A stretch of DNA of 64,000 nucleotides, from NCBI GenBank assembly GCA_902525635.1, contig CABZHV010000004.1, positions 22,859 through 86,858 on the forward strand, in the 5' to 3' direction. Within the stretch, counting starts at the first letter, position 1. Each line of letters opens with the position of its first letter. The stretch is from an uncultured SAR86 cluster bacterium (GTDB taxonomy: Bacteria; Pseudomonadota; Gammaproteobacteria; Magnimaribacterales; D2472). The position numbers and the translations under genes are program-made. The notes under the pieces are model-generated. The model was given only the letters and a program-made list of their open reading frames with translations. It did not search any database and was not told where the DNA came from. Shown here in pieces: positions 38,082 through 47,595 of this stretch.

Positions 38082-39233
38082 TTAATCCAAATAGGTATTT
38101 TTATCAGCATTAAACCAGGGAATAGATACTACTTTAGAGGCAAAATCTCCGTATGGACTTTCAAGTAGAACAACTGTTCCTTCTTCACAAAATTCAATAT
38201 CAAGAATTGCTAGCCCAATATTCTTTTTTACTCTAGGTGAAAAATATGCTCTTGATAATCTTCCAATTTTTTTGCCATCGCAATTGACTGGCCAAAAATT
38301 TTCAGGGGCTTTTGGTAATGGATCACCCTCAATTTCAAGACCAATTAATTTCTCTTCAATACCATCTTTTTTTATTTTTTTTAAAGCTTGTTTTCCGATA
38401 AAATCAGTTTCTTGATCAACGTCTACTAATCTTCCAAACCCTATGGTGTATGGATTATGTTCCCTACCAAAATCACTGCCATATGATAAAAGCCCACCTT
38501 CAATAGTTCTTATAGTATTTGGAGCAATAACTCTCCCATTAAATTCCTGAGCAGCATCATAGACCAACTCAAAAAGATTATTACCTAATTTTCTGTCTTG
38601 AAGATAAAGTTCATAACTTAATTCACCACTCCAGCCAGTTCTAGCAATTACCATTGGAATATTTTGAAGTTGAGTTTTTCTTGCCTTGTAATAACCTAAA
38701 TCGTCATGTTCACCGTTAAAAAGTTTACGGATTAACTTACCTGACTTTGGACCACTTATTTGTAAAGGGGAAACATCGGGTTCATGAATTGAAACATCCA
38801 TACCAGAATTTATAGCAATTCCCTGGAGCCAAAGAATAACATCACCATCTCCAGGGGAGATCCAAAATTTGTTTTCTTCAAGTCTCAATAAACAGGCGTC
38901 ATTGATAATTCCCCCATCCATATCAGTTAAAATGATATATTTACAGTAACCTATTTCACATTTTTCTAAATTACGAGGTGTAATATATCTAACAAAATCA
39001 TAAGCATCTTTTCCATTAATTTCAATTTGACGCTCGGCAGCAAAATCACCAAATGTGACATCATTTATTAGACTCTCATACTCTTTTTCAGGTCCAGAAA
39101 AAGCAGTTGGTAAATACATTTTATTGTAGACTGTAAAACCAGTAACTCCATATTTCAAATTAGATTCATAATAAGGAGATTTCCTTATTCTGGTACCAAT
39201 TCCTATCATTAATGGTAATTGAGATTTTGACAT
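38082..39233 (-). CDS. aminomethyltransferase (GcvT) family protein, DMSP demethylase (DmdA)-like
   Basis: 383 aa. RIRKSPYYE...GFTVYNKMYLPTAF, EPDVSPLQISGPKS and TIEGGLLSYGSDF resemble DmdA-type GcvT proteins as I recall them. Substrate cannot be assigned from sequence alone. Confidence 0.55.
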   Translation of the reverse strand: MSKSQLPLMIGIGTRIRKSPYYESNLKYGVTGFTVYNKMYLPTAFSGPEKEYESLINDVTFGDFAAERQIEINGKDAYDFVRYITPRNLEKCEIGYCKYIILTDMDGGIINDACLLRLEENKFWISPGDGDVILWLQGIAINSGMDVSIHEPDVSPLQISGPKSGKLIRKLFNGEHDDLGYYKARKTQLQNIPMVIARTGWSGELSYELYLQDRKLGNNLFELVYDAAQEFNGRVIAPNTIRTIEGGLLSYGSDFGREHNPYTIGFGRLVDVDQETDFIGKQALKKIKKDGIEEKLIGLEIEGDPLPKAPENFWPVNCDGKKIGRLSRAYFSPRVKKNIGLAILDIEFCEEGTVVLLESPYGDFASKVVSIPWFNADKNTYLD

Positions 39234-39340
39234 GTGTTATCCTTAGATTTAAGGGTATTTTAATCTCAAAATATCTTGGGAGTAAATGAAAAATTTACAT
39301 ATTTAGAATATTATTTATATATGTATTTTGAGGGGTAGTA

Positions 39341-40444
39341 ATGGGCAAAAAAAGATTTTTTGATGATAGATTAAAGTATCTTTCGTTTATTCAAAATACT
39401 GGAGAAAAAAAGGCAATCTCTGAAAAAATTTATCCTCATATCTCAGCCCTTTCGCAAAATAAATCTTATATTAGAATACTTGATGCAGGAACAGGTGATG
39501 GAACAATTAATTCAAATATAATTAAAAGTTTTCACAAATATCATCCTTATACTTCATTGTTAATTACTGGTAAGGAAATAAGCTATGAGGATCTCAAAAA
39601 TACTCTTGAAAAAATGCCTGACAGATTTGCTGAACATCCTAACTTACTAGTAACAATGACAAATGTTAAATTTTCTGAGCTAGACTTGGTTGAAACTGCA
39701 AACAAAATAAAAAATAAAAAAATTAAAGAGCTGAATTTAATTCTCGACAGTGATAACTCTTTTGATTTCAATACTCAAATAACTGGGATAAAGCTTGGAA
39801 ATTTTATTAAAAAATATTGGGGAATTGAGATTGATACAAGAGGTAGAACTTCATATGCGAATCCTTGCTTAATAAGAATTTTGAGAAAAGATAACTTAAG
39901 GCATCTAAAAGGGTTTCTTAAAAATGATTATAAAAACAACAACTATGATTTAATAATTGCCTCTCAAGCATATAGAGCTGCCTCTTCAGTGAAAGTAAAA
40001 GTAAATAATGTAATAGGACCATTAATGAAACTGCTCAATAAGTCAGGAAAACTTCTGATTACACATTCCTATGGCGGGAATGGAGTACAAAAAGTTCTTA
40101 AAACAGCCTTCAAAGAAAAAGAGGCATTTCCAAATAGGGCTAAAGATATTATTAATTATTTAAAAAATAATCCAGCCTATGAAAATAATTTATATAATTT
40201 CTCTACACCAAAAAGTTATGGTTTTTACTTTAAAAAAGCGCCTGATCAAACAGTAACTGAATTATTCGGACATAATACAGATGCAAAATGGGCTAATATT
40301 CTATATGTTGGGCAAATTCCTGAAAAAGATATTCAAGTAGTTGAAAAAAATTCAAAATTATATAATAGAGTTAAGAAGACAATTGAAGGTCTAGGTAAAA
40401 TTGAATTTAAAAACGAATTATTTTCAATAACAAAAACAAAATAA
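39341..40444 (+). CDS. class I SAM-dependent methyltransferase-like protein with large insertion (function unknown)
   Basis: 367 aa. Motif I ILDAGTGDG, later YDLIIASQAY and SGKLLITH. Preceded by a GAGGGG Shine-Dalgarno. The layout loosely recalls histamine N-methyltransferase-like enzymes (weak). Confidence 0.55.
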   Translation: MGKKRFFDDRLKYLSFIQNTGEKKAISEKIYPHISALSQNKSYIRILDAGTGDGTINSNIIKSFHKYHPYTSLLITGKEISYEDLKNTLEKMPDRFAEHPNLLVTMTNVKFSELDLVETANKIKNKKIKELNLILDSDNSFDFNTQITGIKLGNFIKKYWGIEIDTRGRTSYANPCLIRILRKDNLRHLKGFLKNDYKNNNYDLIIASQAYRAASSVKVKVNNVIGPLMKLLNKSGKLLITHSYGGNGVQKVLKTAFKEKEAFPNRAKDIINYLKNNPAYENNLYNFSTPKSYGFYFKKAPDQTVTELFGHNTDAKWANILYVGQIPEKDIQVVEKNSKLYNRVKKTIEGLGKIEFKNELFSITKTK

Positions 40445-40854
40445 TGAAAATACTTGTAATGGGTCTACCTGGAAGCGGAAAGACATATCTAGCTGAAAGA
40501 ATGCAACCACTTCTTAAAGCAGCATGGTACAACGCAGATATTGTAAGAGAAATGGCAAATGATTGGGATTTTTCACCTGAGGGCAGAATCAGACAAAGCT
40601 TAAGGATGAAGAGTCTGGCAGATTTTGAAAAAAACCATGGCAGAATCGTTATTTGTGACTTTGTTTGTCCAACACATGAAACTAAAGAAAATTTCAATCC
40701 AGATATTACAATTTGGATGAATACTATTACATCTGGTAGATATGAAGATACGAATAAAATGTTTGAGAAACCAAAAAATGTTGATTATATAGTCACAGAA
40801 ATGAATGATAATAATCATAAGATAATATCAACAAAAATTCTTAAAAATGTTTGA
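40444..40854 (+). CDS. P-loop kinase, adenylylsulfate-kinase-fold (substrate unknown)
   Basis: 136 aa. Walker A GLPGSGKT. ADIVRE..DWDFSPEGRIRQ and GRIVICDFVCP parallel the APS kinase LDGDNVR..DLGFS..DR.ENIRR and FISP motifs. Start overlaps the upstream stop (TAATG). Confidence 0.6.
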   Translation: MKILVMGLPGSGKTYLAERMQPLLKAAWYNADIVREMANDWDFSPEGRIRQSLRMKSLADFEKNHGRIVICDFVCPTHETKENFNPDITIWMNTITSGRYEDTNKMFEKPKNVDYIVTEMNDNNHKIISTKILKNV

Positions 40855-41236
40855 TTGGAAGAAACCCACTGTTCAAATGCTTGGAAGATGGCAGCCATGG
40901 CACAGAGGTCATCAAGAGCTTTTCAAAAGATGTATAAAAAAAACTGGTCAAGTTATTATTCAAATTAGAGATGTTGAGGGTGCGTCTGGAGGTCACGGAC
41001 AGGATGACAATCCTTTTTCTTGGGATGATGTTTGCAGAAATATTGAAGAGAGTCTAAAGCTAGACGGTTATGAAAGAGGAAGAGAATACGAACTAATGTT
41101 AGTTCCAAATATAATAAATATCACATATGGAAGAGGAGTTGGTTATGTTTTTGAAGAAGAAATTTTTGATGAAGAGATAACTAATATTAGTGCTACAAAA
41201 ATTAGAGAGGATTTAAGAAAAAAAGGGAAACTATAG
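40847..41236 (+). CDS. minimal HxGH nucleotidyltransferase (NMNAT / cytidylyltransferase superfamily; substrate unknown)
   Basis: 129 aa. GRWQPWHRGH (compare the archaeal NMNAT motif GRMQPFHRGH) and ISATKIRED (ISxTxIR motif). 8-nt overlap with the upstream gene (ATGTTTGA). Confidence 0.6.
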   Translation: MFDWKKPTVQMLGRWQPWHRGHQELFKRCIKKTGQVIIQIRDVEGASGGHGQDDNPFSWDDVCRNIEESLKLDGYERGREYELMLVPNIINITYGRGVGYVFEEEIFDEEITNISATKIREDLRKKGKL

Positions 41237-42403
41237 TTATTCTTTTTTGAAGACTAATCCAGCATTTTCTTCTAATCTTTTTATAAGTTTCTTGCCCATT
41301 GCTGGTGCTGGTGTATAAATACCTCCTAGAAGACTAGAGCACTCTTTTACAAGACATATTGCACTTTCTGCAATCATCTTTGAAGTTGAACCATATCCTG
41401 GATCCATATCTCCAGAAACAGAGATATGAACACTTTCATTGCCAACATCACCACAGAATAGGAGATCATAACTGCCATTTTCTCTTGATTCTCTTGATGG
41501 TCCCTCACCAGGTTCAGGAGCATTGCTTAGAGGATTAGAAGATGAAATAAAATCAGCAGCTGATTTTCCTTTATCACCAGTTCCTTGAATCCACATTTCG
41601 TTATAACAAAAATCTTTTCCATAGAAATGATTCATTAACGCATTTGATCTATGAATGTTTTTTGTATTTATTGGTGCCATAAAAAATGGTGCTACCCAAG
41701 TATTTAATTTTTCATCAATCATAGGTTTGTTATCAGCTGGCTGATCAGGTCCATTAAAACCATTTGAAAGTGAAAATGGATTAGTCAAAACAGAAAACAG
41801 TTCAGGTTTTTCTTTTAGTGCAGACATAGTTGCTTTTAGCGACGCTGCTGTACCGCCAGAAAATTCACCATTCATCTCTCTAACCCTACCCCTAACATTA
41901 TTTGAAGGTTTACCAAATCTTTTAACAACCTCGTCTTGAAGAAACAATACACCCAAATCAAAAGGTATGCTGTCAAAACCACATGAGAAAACTATTCTAG
42001 ATCCTGATTTTTTTGCAATATTATTAAACTCATTAATTTTTTCGTGCATCCATCCAGGCTCTCCACACAAATCAACATAATCTGTCCCAGAATTAGCACA
42101 TGCAGCAATAATACTGTTTCCATAAAGCTGATATGGACCAACAGTAGTTAAGACACATTTTGTAATAGAAATTAAATTATTAATACTTTCAATATCGTTA
42201 CTATCAGCAACAATTAAAGGTACCTCATCTGGTACTTTTTTTAATTTCGCAATTGATTTAAGCTTATCAAAACTTCTTCCAGCTATAGCCCAACTAATGT
42301 CAGGGCTATCAACGTATTTTTCTACAAGATACTCAACTACTAACTTACCAGTAAAACCTGTTGCTCCGAAAACAACAAAATCAAACTCTTTATGCATGTT
42401 CAT
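41237..42403 (-). CDS. saccharopine dehydrogenase-like NAD(P)-binding oxidoreductase
   Basis: 388 aa with Rossmann N-terminus FDFVVFGATGFTGKLVVEYL. Overall pattern fits the saccharopine dehydrogenase / trans-acting enoyl reductase family. Confidence 0.7.
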   Translation of the reverse strand: MNMHKEFDFVVFGATGFTGKLVVEYLVEKYVDSPDISWAIAGRSFDKLKSIAKLKKVPDEVPLIVADSNDIESINNLISITKCVLTTVGPYQLYGNSIIAACANSGTDYVDLCGEPGWMHEKINEFNNIAKKSGSRIVFSCGFDSIPFDLGVLFLQDEVVKRFGKPSNNVRGRVREMNGEFSGGTAASLKATMSALKEKPELFSVLTNPFSLSNGFNGPDQPADNKPMIDEKLNTWVAPFFMAPINTKNIHRSNALMNHFYGKDFCYNEMWIQGTGDKGKSAADFISSSNPLSNAPEPGEGPSRESRENGSYDLLFCGDVGNESVHISVSGDMDPGYGSTSKMIAESAICLVKECSSLLGGIYTPAPAMGKKLIKRLEENAGLVFKKE

Positions 42404-42474
42404 GTTTTATTCCTATATAAAAACCAATTGGAGGATTATAATATAACCAAAGAAAATATATTTTATTTATATAA

Positions 42475-44283
42475 ATGTTAAAAAAAATATCTGAATTTTT
42501 TAGAGTAATTGGTGAATTAAAATATATTATTCCTCTTCTAAGATATAAATTCCCAGACCCTGATGATAATTCTTCTCTAGCTCATACATTTAAGAAAACT
42601 GTTGAGAAATTTGGAAACAGGAATTTTATCTATTTTGAAAATCAGACATTGACATATTCGGAAGTAGATCAAGCTGCAAATATCTTTGCAAAAAAACTCA
42701 TTGATGATGGTGTTGTTCATGGTGATAAAGTAGTTCTTTTTATGGAAAATCGACCAGAATATATAACAAGCATTCTTGCTCTAAACAAAATTGGTGCAAT
42801 TGGTGTTTTAATCAATACAAGCCTAACTGGAAAACCATTAATACATTGTATTAATTCATCTGATTCTAAAAAGTGTATTGTTGGTGCTGAGTTAGCTTTG
42901 TCTCTTGAGGAAGTGTTATCTGAAATCAATATAAAAGATAAAACAGACATTTATTGGATTAGTGATGGAGATACTTTTAAATGTCCAGATTGGTCATTGG
43001 ATATAAAAGATTTTATAAATGATTCTGAAAATATTGATATTGAAATTTCAAGTAAAGTAACTGCAAAGGATACTGCTTTTTATATTTTCACCTCTGGAAC
43101 TACTGGTGTTCCAAAAGCCGCACTGTTTCCAAACTCAAAAATAATTGCTGCTTCTGTAAATATTGTAAAAGGAGGATATAGACTCAATGAAAAAGATTGT
43201 ATGTATAACTGTCTTCCACTTTATCATTCTACTGGTCTGATGTTGGGGCTCTGTGCTTGCATTGAAGCAGGTTCAGCAACTTTCATTAGAAGAAAATTTT
43301 CTGCATCTGCATTTTGGAAAGAAGCAAATAAATATAATACAACTGCCTTTGTTTACGTGGGTGAACTATGCAGATATTTGAGTTTTCAAGAACCAATTGA
43401 AGAAGAAAAAAATAATCCAATATCAAAAATGGTTGGTAATGGTTTACGACCAGATCTATGGGATTGTTTTAGAAACAGATTTGGTGTTGAAAGAATTATC
43501 GAAATTTATGGTGCTAGTGAGGGTAATGCTTTGTTTATGAATCTTCTCAATAAAGATCAAACAATTGGTATGACAAATGCAAATGTTGGTATTTTTGAGT
43601 ATGACGTTGCAGAAGACACGCTTGTAAAAGATACCGATGGAAGATATGTAGAAGTAGACGAACATCAACCAGGACTCCTTCTTGTTGAGATAGGTCCAAA
43701 TGCAGTATACAACGGTTATACAGATAAGAAAGCAAGTGAAGCAAAAGTAATACAAAATGTATTAGTTGAAGGTGATAGATGGTTTAACACTGGTGATCTT
43801 GTAAAAACAATGGATGTTGGTTTTTCTCTAGGTAGAATTCATTATCAATTTGTTGACAGGGTTGGTGATACGTTCAGGTGGAAATCAGAGAATGTATCTA
43901 CAAATGAGGTAGCAGAAATCTTAAATAGTTATCACGAAGTTAATATGGCTAATGTTTACGGTGTAAAGGTTGCTAATAGTGAAGGACGTGCTGGCATGGT
44001 AGCCTTTAACTGCAATATAGAAAAATTTGATTGGCTAAGTTTTTCAGATTTTGTTTCAAAGAAGCTACCTAGTTACGCACAACCAGTTTTTGTAAGAATC
44101 ATAGATGAGCTAGAAACAACTGGCACATTCAAGCTTAAAAAGAATAATTTAAGGGAAGAGGCCTTCCATCTTGATAAAGTAAATGGAGATCTAGTTTTTG
44201 TAAAGAAACCAGGAAAGAATTCATACGAAAGACTTGATAATGATTTCTATCAAAGTATCAAGTCTGGTGATGTTGGTTTTTAA
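42475..44283 (+). CDS. long-chain acyl-CoA synthetase, fatty-acid transport protein (FATP) type
   Basis: 602 aa. AMP-binding YIFTSGTTGVPKAA, FNTGDL and the FATP-type signature DRVGDTFRWKSENVSTNEV. Confidence 0.85.
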   Translation: MLKKISEFFRVIGELKYIIPLLRYKFPDPDDNSSLAHTFKKTVEKFGNRNFIYFENQTLTYSEVDQAANIFAKKLIDDGVVHGDKVVLFMENRPEYITSILALNKIGAIGVLINTSLTGKPLIHCINSSDSKKCIVGAELALSLEEVLSEINIKDKTDIYWISDGDTFKCPDWSLDIKDFINDSENIDIEISSKVTAKDTAFYIFTSGTTGVPKAALFPNSKIIAASVNIVKGGYRLNEKDCMYNCLPLYHSTGLMLGLCACIEAGSATFIRRKFSASAFWKEANKYNTTAFVYVGELCRYLSFQEPIEEEKNNPISKMVGNGLRPDLWDCFRNRFGVERIIEIYGASEGNALFMNLLNKDQTIGMTNANVGIFEYDVAEDTLVKDTDGRYVEVDEHQPGLLLVEIGPNAVYNGYTDKKASEAKVIQNVLVEGDRWFNTGDLVKTMDVGFSLGRIHYQFVDRVGDTFRWKSENVSTNEVAEILNSYHEVNMANVYGVKVANSEGRAGMVAFNCNIEKFDWLSFSDFVSKKLPSYAQPVFVRIIDELETTGTFKLKKNNLREEAFHLDKVNGDLVFVKKPGKNSYERLDNDFYQSIKSGDVGF

Positions 44284-44285
44284 AT

Positions 44286-44819
44286 TTACTTAATATTACT
44301 ATCGATTAAGACAGCTATTAAAAGTGCTGGCTCATCTCCATTGTTAACCCAAGCATGATTTGTTCCTCTTTGGACAACAACATCAAATGGTTTTAGATTA
44401 ACCTCATCATTATCAAGTATCAAAGTGACGTCTCCTTTGAGCAAAATAATGTAATCAATTGTTTCTGTTTTATGCATTGCAGGGTGTTTTCTTGTATCCA
44501 CTCTATGATGTCCTGCACCAATTTTTTCAAAAGCATCTGCAGCTATCTCTTGCATTACATCATCAGGAACACCATCTGGAATTGGATTAATTTGAAAATA
44601 TCTGAACTTAGTTCCCCCATTAGGTGGTGACAAAATAATATCTTCGTCAGCTCTATCATTTTCATCAGTTGTAATAACATCATTACCGTCTGTATTCCAT
44701 AATTCAAACAGTCCACCTACATCTTCACCAATAGATCTAGCAGGAGGTCCATCAAAACTTATTATCGATTCGCCCTTATTATTGTGACCAGTAATAATTC
44801 TTCTCATTTTATCTCCCAA
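44286..44819 (-). CDS. cupin domain protein
   Basis: 177 aa. C-terminal H..ETIDYIILLKGDV...GTNHAW is a cupin-like pattern. Alternative start is Met5 at 44807. Confidence 0.55.
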   Translation of the reverse strand: MGDKMRRIITGHNNKGESIISFDGPPARSIGEDVGGLFELWNTDGNDVITTDENDRADEDIILSPPNGGTKFRYFQINPIPDGVPDDVMQEIAADAFEKIGAGHHRVDTRKHPAMHKTETIDYIILLKGDVTLILDNDEVNLKPFDVVVQRGTNHAWVNNGDEPALLIAVLIDSNIK

Positions 44820-45825
44820 TATTTTTTAATTTTGCTCTAATGTTTTTTATTTTTTCACTGCTTTGGATCTCATCCCAATTCATATCACTTTTTTTCTTCA
44901 AAATTGATAATTTGCTGGATGGTTCTATTTCGCTGTTATCTAAGAAACTTATTGTATCTTTTACACCAGCCCTATCATTACATATTAGGGCCATGTCACA
45001 TCCAGCATTGAAAGATTTCATTGTTTTGATATAACAATTTTCATCGCCAGAACCTTTCATTGAAAGATCATCACTGAATATTAAGCCAGTGAACTCAAGC
45101 TTATTTTTTAAAATATCCTGAAGCCAAGTTTTAGAAAAACTTGGTAATTTCTCATCAACATCTGGAAAAAATACATGTGCACACATAATGGCATCCAACT
45201 TATTTTTTAATTTAATGTAAGGTTTTATATCTAAATTCAATAGATCAGAAAACGTCCTTTTATCTTCAACAAGACTAAGATGACTGTCCTCAAATATTCC
45301 TCCATGACCAGGAAAATGTTTACCAGTTGCTGACATCCCGGCTTCATGCATCCCATCAATAAAATTAGAAGAAAATTCTATTACTTCATCAACTTTATTT
45401 GAAAAAGCTCTGTCTCCTATAACGCTTGAAGTCTCTTCATCAACATCCAATACTGGAGCAAAATTTAAATCAATGCCAATAGCCATGAGCTCTGAAGAAA
45501 TTAACCATGCTGTTTCAGCAAAAATTTCCATATCATTTTCTTCTTTTGCGTAAACTGCCAGACTTTGCATCGAGGGTATGCATGTAAAGTCTTTATAAAA
45601 TCTCTGAACTCTTCCTCCTTCTTGATCAACTGCAATGATTACATTTTTTTTTATTGCAAATATCTCAATTATCAAACTTTTTAATTGCTCTAAAGTCTCA
45701 AAATTTCTTGAAAAAAGTATTATTCCGCCAACATGTTTATTTGATATAAGAGCAATGTCATCGTCTGACAAAGTAATTCCCTCTAAATCAATCATCAGTC
45801 GTCCATAAAAATCAGTCATAATCAA
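44809..45825 (-). CDS. nagZ: beta-N-acetylhexosaminidase (GH3, NagZ)
   Basis: 338 aa with VDQEGGRVQRF, KHFPGHGG and FSDDLSMKG motifs. Confidence 0.9.
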   Translation of the reverse strand: MIMTDFYGRLMIDLEGITLSDDDIALISNKHVGGIILFSRNFETLEQLKSLIIEIFAIKKNVIIAVDQEGGRVQRFYKDFTCIPSMQSLAVYAKEENDMEIFAETAWLISSELMAIGIDLNFAPVLDVDEETSSVIGDRAFSNKVDEVIEFSSNFIDGMHEAGMSATGKHFPGHGGIFEDSHLSLVEDKRTFSDLLNLDIKPYIKLKNKLDAIMCAHVFFPDVDEKLPSFSKTWLQDILKNKLEFTGLIFSDDLSMKGSGDENCYIKTMKSFNAGCDMALICNDRAGVKDTISFLDNSEIEPSSKLSILKKKSDMNWDEIQSSEKIKNIRAKLKNIGR

Positions 45826-46357
45826 TAATTGTTTTAATAGAAAATCCTTTTTCGCGTATTAATTTACTGCCGCCCAGTTCTGTTAAGTCAATAACACACA
45901 AAATTAAAATATTTTCATTTTTTACGCTAAAATTTTCAGTTAACAATTCTGCGCATGCTATTGCAGTTCCACCAGTTGCAACTAAATCATCAACAATTAC
46001 AATTTTTTGGTTTTTTTTAATATTTGTATTTTGTTGAATTTCAATAGAAGTACTTCCATATTCGAGATTAAAGCTTTTTTTGAATGTTTTGTTTGGTAAT
46101 TTACCTGGCTTTCTAGCTAAAACAAAAGGAAGTCCAAGATCTCTTGCAATGGTTCCAGCAAAAATAAAACCCCTACTCTCAATACTTGCAATAATATCAG
46201 CATTGAATTCTTTCGAAAGCTTAGTTAACTGATTGCATGTCTTTTTAAAGGCTTCTGGTGTTTCAATCAAACTTGTTATGTCTCTGAACTTAATACCCTT
46301 AATTGGAAAATCATTAATAGTTCTCACAGACCTCTTTAAATCAAGAGGATCATTCAT
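45812..46357 (-). CDS. apt: adenine phosphoribosyltransferase
   Basis: 181 aa with DFPIKGIKFRDIT and the PRPP motif IVIVDDLVATGGTA. Confidence 0.93.
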   Translation of the reverse strand: MNDPLDLKRSVRTINDFPIKGIKFRDITSLIETPEAFKKTCNQLTKLSKEFNADIIASIESRGFIFAGTIARDLGLPFVLARKPGKLPNKTFKKSFNLEYGSTSIEIQQNTNIKKNQKIVIVDDLVATGGTAIACAELLTENFSVKNENILILCVIDLTELGGSKLIREKGFSIKTIIDYD

Positions 46358-47160
46358 TTATCTTTCCACCTAGGATCTCTTTTTTCCAAAAAAGAGTTTA
46401 TACCTTCAATAGCATCTTCCTTCAGCATATTTTGGGTCATTACCTCTGATGTATATTTGTATGCATCCTCAAGACTAAGTTCGAGTTGTTTGTAAAAAGC
46501 TTTTTTACCAATTTTTATTATGGCCGAAGACTTCCTAGAGATTTTTTCAGCCAGATTCATTACTGAATCTGTTAAATTTTCAAGCAACACATAATCATTA
46601 ATTAAAGAAATTCTTTTAGCTTCTTTGGCATCAATCATATCTCCGGTAAGAAGCATATTCATAGAATTTTTTTTACTTACATTCCTAGATAATGAAACCA
46701 TAGGAGTTGAACAAAACAGACCAATGTTTACTCCAGGAGTTGCAAATTTTGCACATTCAGATGATATAGCTAAATCACATGATGCGACTAATTGGCAGCC
46801 TGCTGCAGTTGCAATACCACCTACTTCTGCAATGATTGGCTTTGGACAATTAACAATTAATTGCATTAATTTAGAACATTTTTGAAATAAATTTAGATAG
46901 AATAATTCTTTGTCTTTATTTGTATCATTTGCCTCTTTGAGCTCTTTTAAGTCATGTCCTGAGCAAAAAACATCTCCAGTTGATCCGATCACTATAACTT
47001 TAACTTCTTTATCAGTAGAAGCGGTATCTATTTCACTAATTAAGTTATCCATCATTAATTCTGAAAGAGGATTCTTGGTTCCTGGATCGTCAAGAGTTAG
47101 GCGCAGGATACCTTTTTCATTTAATTTTTTAGTTAGAATTTCGTTAGTTTTTTGTGTCAT
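46354..47160 (-). CDS. enoyl-CoA hydratase/isomerase family protein
   Basis: 268 aa crotonase fold: FCSGHDLKE, GIATAAGCQLV and C-terminal EGINSFLEKRDPRW. Confidence 0.85.
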   Translation of the reverse strand: MTQKTNEILTKKLNEKGILRLTLDDPGTKNPLSELMMDNLISEIDTASTDKEVKVIVIGSTGDVFCSGHDLKELKEANDTNKDKELFYLNLFQKCSKLMQLIVNCPKPIIAEVGGIATAAGCQLVASCDLAISSECAKFATPGVNIGLFCSTPMVSLSRNVSKKNSMNMLLTGDMIDAKEAKRISLINDYVLLENLTDSVMNLAEKISRKSSAIIKIGKKAFYKQLELSLEDAYKYTSEVMTQNMLKEDAIEGINSFLEKRDPRWKDK

Positions 47161-47184
47161 AAATTTATTTAATGTTATATGAGT

Positions 47185-47595
47185 CTAATAGTCCAACTTA
47201 TTCTCTAAAACCTTCATTGGACATTTATTCATAACTGAAATTATTCCAGCTTGTTCAATCATAGTTGCAGATTTTTTGTCTTCAATTCCCTCTTGAGTCC
47301 AAAACACATCTACTCCAACCTGAATTGCATCTTTCGCAATCTCCATTACAAATTTCCTGGCACGAAAAATATCTACCATATCTATTTTCTTGTTTATATC
47401 TTTCAAGTTTGAATAACATTTTCTTCCTAGAATTTTATTGTTAGTTTCATTAGGATTAACTGGAAAAACTTCATACCCTTTTTTAATAAGATAATTCATT
47501 ACTTTATTGCTATCTCTTAAAGGATTAGAACTAGCTCCAATTACAGCAATTGTATTGATACTTTTAAGAATTGATTTAAGTTCATTTTTATTCAC
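47185..47595 (-). CDS. CoA-binding domain protein (YccU-like)
   Basis: 136 aa with IAVIGASSNPLRDSNKV...GYEVFPVNP. Confidence 0.75.
   Translation of the reverse strand: MNKNELKSILKSINTIAVIGASSNPLRDSNKVMNYLIKKGYEVFPVNPNETNNKILGRKCYSNLKDINKKIDMVDIFRARKFVMEIAKDAIQVGVDVFWTQEGIEDKKSATMIEQAGIISVMNKCPMKVLENKLDY

Noticed and set aside
39282-39298. Short inverted repeats in promoter spacers. These are GTAAAT-N5-ATTTAC here, CCAATTGG at 42424-42431 and AATATC-N17-GATATT near 62930.
   Set aside because: Symmetric elements of 6-8 bp are expected by chance in AT-rich spacers, and none has an associated regulator or a repeated copy.
39341-41236. Whether the methyltransferase/kinase/nucleotidyltransferase trio is a horizontally acquired island or defence locus.
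   Set aside because: No flanking tRNA, integrase, repeats or transposase are present. Base composition and codon style look like the neighbours by eye. No nuclease, helicase, ATPase-sensor or toxin-like domains are present. It is kept as an unknown metabolic module instead.
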